This document shows positions 48,601-60,600 of a stretch of DNA of 64,000 bases, in pieces. Position 1 is the stretch's first letter. Each line of letters starts with the position of its first letter. This DNA is from Botryllus schlosseri. Its lineage: Eukaryota. The DNA lies in assembly GCA_051294905.1 (NCBI GenBank), contig CM119376.1:18104001-18168000 (forward strand), written 5' to 3'. The notes beneath the pieces were generated by a model. The model ran no database searches. It was not told the origin of the DNA and worked only from the letters and a program-made list of their open reading frames with translations. The position numbers were made by a program, and so were the translations under genes.

Positions 48601-51600
48601 GAGCATGTTTCAGATTCATCAGGATCCCCTACGCATGTCCTTCCATTCGAAACGTCTTCGTTGAAGCAAATCCTAGAACGCGACCGGGTTCCCACACCGC
48701 ACGTCGTGCTGCACAGAGACCACGAAGACCAGCTTCCGTATTCGACGCAAGCCTTTTACAAAACGAGCGGAGTTCATTCAATTGAAATATGGGACCGAGA
48801 TCAGTAAATCTTACATCAGTGTTGCACAAGCGGGCTTCGCTGTAGTCTCCGTCGCAGCCGGCATCTCCGGGAATGCCGAATCTGCAGGTGCGGACGCGTT
48901 GAGACCTGCCTCCGCCGCACGAGCGAGTGCATGTGGTCCACGTCGTCCATTCGTTCCATATCGGGCAGACCTGATTGAAAGCAATTTTGAAATGTGATTT
49001 ACGACAAAAATCGCCAAAATACGCGTTCCAGTACCGCGTCATTTTGTGTGTAATTTTTAGAATTGTGTAAAATTAAGTAAAAGGCAAGGTTTCGTAGTAA
49101 GATCATGCTACAGTTTGGTAACGAGAATACCAGACCAATATCTGACATATCTATATCACCAACCGACACATGCCACTTCCTTTTCATGGATGACCTTTTT
49201 ATATTATCTTCTGTTACTTTTAATTCAGTGTGTATGTTATCTTACTTAGATGTTCTAGCAAGGTGAAAGTGGGTGTTTCTACTCATTTGTATCTTCCGGT
49301 TTTAGCGCCATCTTGTGATGTTTTGAATTGATGAAATTATTAACAAACTAAACTGAAGGAAAAAGTACATCATTATTCTGCTTTATGGCTTATAAAAAAT
49401 TCAAATTAAATAGTCCAAAAGTCCAATTGATTAAAGTTGTGTCGATAAAAGATCAGACATTTGCGTGCAACAACATATGCACGATGTCCCATAGCCGGCT
49501 CTTGCCGAATTAGTAATCCGACTGAATGTTCTTGAAGATTGAAATAATGAGCTCAATATAATGAAGTAAAGCTTGATTCAGCTTTGTCATACTCACGTTG
49601 GTGTTGCAATCGACCGTTTCCCGAAGTGTGTCGTCACAGCCACTGCCAGAATCGTCATTGATACAAGTCCTGGTCCTCAAAGTAGAACCGCCTCCGCATG
49701 TCGCGTCACACGCACTCCACACAGACCAAGGACTCAAGTACGGACATTGCTAAATGGCAAAATCAAGGGTAAGTACGAAAACTAAGTAGCGGAAATGGAC
49801 CACTCACGTCGTTATTACAGAAATCGACCTCAGACGAAAATCCTGCGCAGCCGATATCTCCCGGCTGTCCGTTGTTACAGAATCGCGATCTGCGACGGGT
49901 TCCGCCACCGCATGATTCAGTGCAATCTCCCCATTGTCCCCACAATGTCCAGGTTGGACAGGCCTTGCAGATGCACAATGGTAACAGATCGGCAATCTAC
50001 GTTGCGTGCTGTGATACTTACGACATTTTGGTTGCAAACGGTCGAGTCTTCGAACGGACCTTGACAGCCCACTTCGCCGATGTTACCATTGACGCAACGG
50101 CGTGTTCTGCTGTAGGTGCCGGACGCGCATGTAGTGCTACAATCGGACCACGAAGACCAGTCATCCCAATATGGGCACACCTGTTAGTTCGAATTGTCAA
50201 TGTCATGGAAATACATATATGCAAAATATCCTACTTCTACATTGGGTCATAGCAAAATCCAACGTAATGCAATCTCACTGTTCAAACAGCACACAATATT
50301 ACATTTGTGACACAATATTGCAATACGTGTAATGAAACAATCATGTTTCCCCATTCCTACGCGTAAAGTATGTCTCTTCGAAAGAATACAATTCACATGA
50401 ATATGTGACTCATATATGTTTAATTTTTATTATGAGTTGAATGCTAGACCACAGTGCCCTAATCAAGATCGAATGAAATATAGTTCGAGTAACGTGAGGC
50501 ATTACATACCAGGTGGGTGGTAAAGAAAAAATGGATCTGGATAACATAATAGCTGGATATACCATATTTGCAAAGGAATGGCATGATCAAAGTGTAATTT
50601 CCAGTAAGTCCTGCAGTTGTTCTTTTAACTAGGATATCCATCAGCGATGGCAATTTTTATTTAGGTTGACAGAGAAGTCGTAAACATAGCTTCTACAAAC
50701 AATTTTGGCATGATGTTCATGTTCAGTGAAGATACGAAATCACAATATAACACAAAACCACCGACGAGCCAGACAAATATCCGGAGAACAGGACATAATA
50801 ATGATGCCGGGATAATTGTATGAACATAGGACATTATCTGGTGAAAACTAAGGTAGTATACAGTACTGCATATCGGCTCTTATAGGCTGGTACGGGTAGA
50901 CTTTGAAGAAGATATTTATGTTTCCGAGTCATTCAATTGAATGCTGATTTGCTGAATTGAGTATTTATGACAAAGGTATTTAAACACGACATACTAAAGA
51001 GGTATACAAGTAGAAAATGCAATAGACGTACTCCAATAATGCAACTGGCCAAATCCACTGAGTCCCCGTCACATATAAAGTCACCATCAGCGTCCTGGTC
51101 GCAGGTCCTGGTCCTAAGTCTGGAACCGCGCCCGCACGTCACGTCGCAATCGGACCAGGTTGTCCATTGACTCCAAGTAATGCAAACCTGCATGTAAAAA
51201 ATCCCGTGAATCAAGGACAGTAAACCACGTCAGCCCATTTCCTACCTCTGTATTGCACACTCCAACTTCCCGGTTAGATCCCTCGCAATACGAGCCGCTT
51301 GTGAGCTCATAATTGCAGCTTCGGAACCTGGTCCTGCTGCCGCCGTCACATGGTCTGGTGCAGTCGGACCATTGATTCCAAGCGGCCCAGGTGGCACATA
51401 TCTTAAAGTAACGAAATTGAATTAGGGGTGCCTGTAATTGGATTCAACTTGAACTGACTACTCAAGAGAGTTTTCTAAAGTGGAATTTTTTTTCAACATA
51501 GCTTCCTACTAATTCACGCAGTTGTCTTACCAATTTAAGAATGTAATTAGCAATCAAGTAGTAATTGGTTCATTGATAGATGCATTGTTTTTATGAGTAA

Positions 51601-54600
51601 AACCGCAACAATCAATATGTAACATGCATCCAGCATGACAAGGGCTTCGAGTTATAATCAAATTTATAGAATTTCAATCAAGTGTCAATTGCTGCATTGA
51701 TAGATGAATCGTTTTTACGAGTAACACAGCAACAGCCAATACGCGGCATATTTCAAGCATAACAAGTGCTATCAATTATTTTGCGCCTCTAAACCCAATC
51801 CCGCATTAATCTGATGTGAGTTGCGATTGTTCTGTGCGCTTTTAGAACCATCACCAGTTACATGACTAATTACCAGTGTTAGGTGTGGCTTGACAAGCAG
51901 TGACTGTACTTATACTTGAAGATTTAAATGCAATTGCACTTTCACACGAGTAGCATCAGTGCCTAGATGATCTAAAAGATTGGGACCGACCTGAGTATTA
52001 CATTCCCTGGTGGTTTCGGTGATATCCGTGCAACCAGCCATTCCCACATCTCCGTTGATACATGATCTCGTTCTGGAAGTAATGCCTCCACCGCACGGAG
52101 CGCTACACTGAGTCCATCTTGTCCATTGTGACAAGTACGGACATGCCTGAATGAGATTATCGTCACGATTCTGACCAAAACTACGGTGTTTCGATGCTTA
52201 CTTGGCCTTGACAATACCGTTCATCCGTCCTGGAGCCTCGGCAGATTTCGTTTCCGTCGTTGTCCAGTGACAGACAGATACGCGATCTCATTTCGAGACC
52301 GCCACCGCATGTGACAGAGCAGCTGCCCCATTCTCCCCATTCAGAGTAGCGCGGGCACGGCTACAATAAAAATTGTATACTCAAACGTTGCGAAAACAGA
52401 CCTATTTGAGAGCGCTTCAGATTCTACTTTTTTTGCTTTTCCACTTTCTTATTAGCTGAATATACTTTGGATTCAGTGTTCAATTGTGCATACCTCTTAT
52501 TTTACGTATTCTAGGTCAAGTTGGGCGTTTGATCAAAAGACCACTACAAATCGTTTCATCTCCTCCTTATCTTTTCATTTTCTTGCAATTTCGTGACGTT
52601 TTCAAATGACAGAAATATAATATTAACTAATGAAAACCTAATTTTCAAAATAACTCCCAGGTGACCCAACAGTGGACCAAATCAGCAAGGTTTATGAATG
52701 TGGTAACAGTTTAATGGACAGATAGCATGTCAATAAGATTACGGTTTTCAGCCTGCTTTGATAATCCAGTATTATTATTGGATAAAATAAACTATCTACC
52801 GTTACAGGGTGAGTTATGCAGCACATCCATAAACTGACCTGAATTGAGTTACATCAATACAATAAGAAGTTTGAAGCGATTATGTTAATAAATCCGACCA
52901 GGTACAAATGAAACTTACGTTATTCCTGCACGCAGCGGTCTGCGAAGATTCTTCCAAGCAACCGACGTCACCGGTGTCCCCATTGATGCATCGTCTGTAC
53001 CTAGTCCTAGACCCGCCATCACAAGTAGCCGAGCATTCCGACCACGACTCCCATTCGCCGTAGAACGGGCAAAACTGGGTGGTTACCAAAATTTAAAAAT
53101 TTGCTGCAATTTGAAATAGACGTGCTTCTTACTCCTTCGACGCATGTTTGACTGTCGGCCGAGGGGCCGATGCAATCGATATCAAACGCCCCGGTGTAGA
53201 TACAAGTTCGGTCGCGAGACCTACGTCCTTGTCCGCAGGTGGCGCTGCACTGACTCCACGATCCCCAAGTAGACCAGGTTGGACAGTCCTGAAAATAGTG
53301 TATGATCACTATACATTCTTCGACACGCGCTTTTTCGTTTCATGAGTGTGTGAATTGAAACGAATGCGGGCAAAACAGATGGAAATCAAGCAATCAACAC
53401 TACTGGAATCGCTTGGTAACTGAAAATCCGACATGATCGAAGTTGTCAGCGTTGTTACTCAAGCAGAACTGGAAGTAACAGCGTAAATTTTGACTTGATC
53501 ACATGTAGAAGTAGCAATTCTAAAGACACGTCAAAATTACTACAAGTATAAGCAAAGCTATAAGTATAAGCAAAGTATAAGCTACTTCAGTAAGTCGTCT
53601 CAAAAAGTCAATTCTGCTTGTAGTCGATGGGCATCATCGGATCTATACTTTTAGCAGTTACTCGTAGGCGGCTACTTTTGAAATGACAGTTCGCATCTTT
53701 GCCACCGACAAAAAAAAACCAGTGACACTTTAGACGTGCAACTTTCTAAAACAGATTCAATTACCACTCTTTTGCTAACGACAATTCAAGTCATTAAAGT
53801 GATGCAAGCATATTCCAAAGTATAAAAAGTCAGTAGTTTTCCTTAAAATACTGTCAAGTGGAACTATAAGTACACTAAAACATGGCCACTTGTGTAAGCA
53901 GTGCAAGTATGCAAAACACACTTTAGCACTGGAAAAAAGTAGAAGTATTCCGTCGCTGACCACCTCTGCAGAAAAAGTGTGAAAATCTACAAAATCTCTC
54001 TCAACAATTGCAGTGACTGCTACGCGTCTCACCTCTGTGTTGCAAGATAGATATTCCACGGTTCCACCCTCCGTGCATCCACGATCGCCGACCGAGCCAT
54101 CTTGACACACACGTTGTCTCTGCCTTCTTCCACTTCCGCAAATGGCGGAGCACTCGCTCCACGCTGCCCACAATGTCCAAGCCGGGCACGGCTACAGACG
54201 ACATAAGAATGAGTTAGATTCGGTCCTTATCAAATTTACAATTTACAAAATACTCACCACGATGTTGCAAGCCATCACCATATTCGCGGGGCCTTCACAC
54301 CCGTTGGCGCCTGCGATGCCGTCAAGACACGTACGTCTCCTCATACGAACAGAACCACCGCACGTCACCGGACAATCGTCATATTCTCCCCAAGGAGTCC
54401 ACGAAGCGCAAGGCTGAAGACGAGTTTCATTTGTGAGAAAATAATTCCGAGAGACTCTCGGAGGTACTGAACTTCAATATACGAATGAAGATATATTGAT
54501 ATTGAAACATACCCAAATATTTTTGGCTGACACTTACTTATCAGGGGTAATTGGCAACAACTATTATAGACTGCAAAAGAACCTTGTACATCAACAGTTG

Positions 54601-57600
54601 TATCACCAAATATGACGCCACTGGCATAAAAAAAAAGTTGAACAATCGAGACGAACAGGTGGTTTAGGCTCGATGAACTATTTTTAGATTACACACAAAA
54701 TCCTTGTGCCAATAATCTAAAAATAGTACAGTACATAGAGCCTAAGCCAGGGATGGGCAACATACGACTCGCAAAGAGTTTCTGTCCTGATGGTGAAATT
54801 CTAATCTGAAAGTACTGACAAAAGTTTGCCAACCCGAGAAAGATAATCATGAAACTACTATCTCTGTTCGGGTCTACAAGCATTTTCGACCATATGCACG
54901 TTGCACATTAACGAGACAAGGCCGTGTTCCAATATAACTGGTGTTCACGTGCAGTCGTTACTAAGGGTTTCTACATACGACATGCAGCCAGAATTCAAAG
55001 AACTTGCTGACAACTTTGATCCATCATATATGGTGATGCAACTGTTGACATACAAGGTTCTTTTCAAATCTCTACTAGTTGCTAAAATTACGACAGACAA
55101 GTGAGTGTCAGCCGAAAATATTCGGGTTTATCTCAATATCAACATAAAATAATTTCTATCAAAGATTTGTTTACAACGTACCGGTAAATCGCACAGGGTT
55201 TCGTCCGTGTCAGATCCAAAACATCCGTCAGATCCCATTTCGCCATTGATACACAGACGTTGACGCTGCCTGGATCCGTCGCCACATGTCACATTACACG
55301 CGCCCCAGTCGCCCCACGCAGACCAATATGGGCAGCTCTACAAAAGCAATCCAGAGGATGATAGTTGCATTCGAAGACAGCGAGAATGGTTGCTCATCAT
55401 TTGAGCATGCGACCAGAGGCAGTCGGCATGCGACTTGTTTACTACCTAAATAACCCAAACTCCTATCCTAACCATAACTTAAGCCTAAATCTAACCCTAG
55501 CGATAACTTTTCACCACATTCTCAAGCGTTGCATGTTATTGAGTCATATGCTCCTATGTCAACTGACCTAACAGAACGTGTCTTACCATGAGGTTACACG
55601 CTCTCTGCCGAACAGTGGCACCGAAGCATCCTGAGACACCGACGTCACCGTTGACACATTGACGAGTGCTAACTTGTAATCCTCCATTGCACGACACGCT
55701 GCATTGTCCCCAGGCTGTCCATTGCGTGAACGACGGACATGTCTGTGAAACACACAAGATTTTTGGATAGTGAAAAAGTCACAAAACCATGGAAGAACTT
55801 ACGTTTTGATTGCAACTTTGTGTCTCGGTAGTTTCGCCTGGACATCCAGAGTCGCCAGCGTCTCCGTTGATGCAGCGTCTGTATCGGATTCGTAAGCCAC
55901 CGCCGCATGTTTCACTGCACATTCCGAATTCGGACCATTCCGACCAGCGAGGGCATAGCTTTAAAGTGACATCAAAATGAGCGAGTCTTATTACCAAACA
56001 TTGGGACTCTATCTCAACCCTAGACTACATTCTATACATTCTGTAGATTGCAGTAAGAATAGAGCCTCATTTGTATATTCACCAAAACTACAAAGCTACT
56101 GTGCATAAGGATTTTCTTAGAATTTACCAACATAGATTTGTTCAATTTACTCGACATAGGAGTACAATACTCCTCAATAATGACATGCCTGACTTGGCTA
56201 AAGATAAAGTGTTGAAAACAATCATATTCTTAGCCCGCTCAATAGTGTGGAATTACGATTATGACTATTTTGACAGCGATACACTGAACAAGCTAAACCA
56301 AATATGGCATCACAGTGGACGAAATTTTATCCTGTCATGATATTGAAGTTTCAGTGAATCGATATGCACTCAAGATTAACTCGTGATATAGTTGCACCAT
56401 TTTCACTGAAGATTGATTTCCAAAGTAGTGCAGTGTTCAAGTTATTGACGTAACTTGCGCTGACTTGCAAGACATGGAGCGATAACGGCATCAATGTAAT
56501 CGATTGCGATTAGAGCGAATTCTATGATTATGGGAAAATGAAATCAAGATTGTTCATGATTGCATTCCTTTTGCTTCCTTTTACTTCAGCTTTGAATGAT
56601 TTTTGAATACTACTACACCTTATATCTACCAGCTACGTGAGGATAACCCACAACGTAATGACTTGCATAGCCAATACTTGGGGTTTAATGATGAGCAGTG
56701 TAACAAATATGAGGTTGCAGTATTCCTTGTTCACAAATATAGAGTCATATGTATAAAATAATCGATTGAGAATACAGATCGCAATTACATATCTCTGCCA
56801 CTTACTTGTTGGTTACATAGTTCGCCCATTGTATCGATACCTCTGCAACCTTCCGCTGCTCTTCCGTCAGCCAGACACACTCTAGTTCGCGAACGTACGC
56901 CGCCGTTACAATCAGCTGTGCAAGATCCCCACGCACCCCACAATCCATACTCCGGACAGCTCTGTTATAGATTATGCATTGAAAGTGCCACTCAAGCTAC
57001 GTGAAATAATCGAGTACGTTGGTGGAGCACGTCGTGAGCTCCGTGGGTTCGCCTTCGCATCCGGGCTCGCCCTCGTTGCCGCTGACGCAGACCCGGTCGC
57101 GACGTCTAGACCCGCCGCCGCATGTCGCGTCACAATTGCTCCACGCGGTCCATTCTGTGTAGTAGGCGCAGTTCTGCATACAAAAAGATGAGTCAGAAGT
57201 GGAGAGTCCTGAGGCACACATTGTATGACTTCCAATTCTACTTGACAAATACAGGAACTAGTCAAGCTTTTATAATCAAACCATGATAATAATAATAGTA
57301 TAATATTTATTATAATAATTTATAGAACACCGAATATAGTAATATATCATCCTCAATTTCCCATACAAGAGCTAGATAATATAAAAAGTAAATTCATATG
57401 CATAAAAGGCTGACTGCATAGTTGTAAGGAAATCCCACTCTTTTGGACACAATATCTCAATTCGAATTGTAGTTCAGACAGATTGTAACCTAAAACCAAT
57501 TTGACAAAGAAGTTGCCTTAGTCAATCTTTCCAAACGATATGTCACATAGTTGGGGTTTGCGCTGTACGAGATTCAATCAATAGGCTTATCTCGGAACAA

Positions 57601-60600
57601 GTGAAAAATACAAATTTGATCAAGTTGAACAAGTCTAAAATAATATATTTAACATATAATTTCATTCATTTATTGAAACCTATAAACTAATATTTTAGAT
57701 TTGGGGGGAACAGTCTGTATCAATAAAAATCATTGGATTCTATTGAATTTGTGCCAGGGCCAAACAAACTTACCCCTTCAATGCACATAACATTCTCGAC
57801 CGAATCTCCCTCGCACAAGAACAATCCCTGGTCTATAACCGAGCAGATTCTCGACCTCTGGCGATTGCCCTTTCCGCAAGTGGTACTGCACGAGCTCCAC
57901 GTCGTCCACGGCAACCACACCGGGCAATCCATCATATTGCATTCCTCTCTCCTTCGGCGTCTGCCACGACAATCCTTCCCGGCGAACCCGTTGATGCATT
58001 CGCGAAGAGAAGTTCTAAAACCGCCGCCGCACGTGCGGGTGCAATCCGACCAGTCTTCCCATAGAGACCATCTTGGACATGCCTGCAAGTGTTGGACAGC
58101 TTTTTTTAACGCATACTTAAGAGTGAAGAGAGAAATCTATTAGTAGGCCATGACAGTAGTTTGATTGATTGATTTCAAAGCATTTCCACTTATTACTTTC
58201 TATCTATTGTATTCGAATTCTTGTAGTATCTTGAAATAGACAAAAACTATATTGATCAATACAACCTTGTTTGCATAAAGGTTGTTATATGCACGACGAA
58301 CAGTATTTCCTATTGATAATTACAGATTGGAAAGACTCTTGGAGGCAGAAAACTTCAATATACAAGTGAATATTACATATGAAATAGCCTGATTATTTTC
58401 GGCTGACACCCGTCGGGATACTCATTAGAGCCATATTTGATGATATGACTGGTGAGTGGTGATATGCATTTTTCAATTGTCTACTAGTTGCTGACGATGA
58501 CCTCTGTCAAGTATCAGCAGAAAATGTCCGGCTTTGGTTCAGTACAAATATGTTATTCAATTGCATATTGTAGAATCAGTGTCTGCTCCCATCAAAATCG
58601 AGAATCGCTTTGCAAACACAATACTTTGTCGAAGGCTAGTGCAGTGTTACCACATCCATCATCAGAGAAATGAATTCTACATAATTGAAGTTCGATATAT
58701 TTTCTCAAACATACCTCCGAATTGCATGGAGTGTTTTCGGTAGCTTCGCCTTCGCAAGTCAGAGAGTCCATTTGATTCAAGCAAATCCTCAACCTGGTAG
58801 CCACGCCGCCACCGCAAGATTCCGAACACTGAGTCCAGTGTCCCCACACTGACCACGCAGGACAGTCCTGCAACCAAATTCAATGTCACTTCAATCACTT
58901 CATTTATCGCATTACCCGTTTCACCGAAGAGAGTGCTTATGACACCATGTAGAGGTAAATAATATAACTATTCATATCCATAGTCTACATACCAATCCAA
59001 AAATATTGCAAGATGTAGTTGAATATGTTATATGAATGGAAAGGATGTTACAAAACCTATAAATGTTGTTTATATGCACATGTGTCGCATGATATTTCCA
59101 TGATAAATAATGGATGCACTTTATCATCAACTCATCTCTGTCTGTGGCGCGTAGGTGTCACTCTACAGACTGTTTTTATCTATAATATTAAAAAGAGTAT
59201 CAACTCACGAAAACATTGCAGGACGCTTCGTGCATGCTTGAACCAGGGCAGAATCTAGCGTCGGTGACACATTCTCTTTCGCGTCTACGCAGACCACTGC
59301 CGCACTGCTTGTCGCAATCCGACCATTCAGACCACCGTGCCCAACCTGGGCACGCGTCCACATTACAGACATCTGTCTCCGTGGTAGCACCTTCGCAACC
59401 AGCTTCTCCCGGCTTGCCGTTGGCGCAAACTCGTTGACGGGTACGGGTGCCACCTCCGCATGGCACGTCGCAGACTGTCCATTGTGTCCATAGTTGCCAT
59501 CCTGGGCAGTTCTGGATATCAAGCGAAAAGTTTAGTCGAAGATTTGAAATCGCAAACCAAGGTCACGGACTTGTTCATTGCATGGCGCAGTGTCGATAAC
59601 ATCGCCTTCGCAGCCTGGTTCACCAGTTTGCCCGTAAATACACTCGCGGTTTCTAATTCTGATACCGCCTCCGCATGATCTGTCACAAGCGCCGTACGCT
59701 GACCACGTGCTCAAATAAGGACAAGCCTGAAAGAGAGAAGAAATTGCGACATAGAATTGGCTTTACATACAGAACCAGAAGAAGAGATGATCTTTATTTG
59801 TCGACCATGCAAATCAGTATCTTACATTAGAAAATTGCAATTGACGGAAATACGATGTACAACAAAGGAAGGTGTAGCCCTCACATTGTTACAATAACAT
59901 ATAATACAAACACTTGTACAGTCGTACCCGGGAACATGATTGGATAAGTAATGGAGCGTAGCTTGCCTGACACACTGAAATTTTCAATATCCATCTATTG
60001 TTATGCTATATGCACCTAAAACGACCATGTTATGAGTTCAAAGGCTATAGGCTACGTATGAGAGTGTCTTTCAGCTTGGCACTTGAGAATGAGTCGTTAA
60101 CTACATACTAGGGATGGTGTGAACCTCTGAAAGGTTCAGGTTCGTGTGAACGCGAACCTTTTTAAAAGGTTCTGTGTGAACGCGAACGTGAACCTCATGA
60201 CGTCACGTGACGTCATATTGCTAATTCCAACCCTACATTTCAATTAAGTGATAGCCTATATTAGTATGCACGATACCTAGCGACAACTCGGGCCACATAA
60301 TGACACAATGCTTAAACACATATTGGCGTTTGAAACCTCGCTATATGTATCAACTGAGGCAGTCAAATGATATGATACTCCCATAAAATCAATATCATCC
60401 GTGACTTTGCCGACAATTTCGACGAGGAGTTGCCAGTGAATATAAGCTTACGCCTTAACGGTCTTCACCAGACCGGACAATGTATTCGGCGGCTGACTAT
60501 TGCTACATTGGGCAGAGCGTAAAACATGTTTCCATATTTGGCACCGATATTAGGCTACCCCACAAGTGATACAACTGTAGCCAACACCTCAATCGCACGG

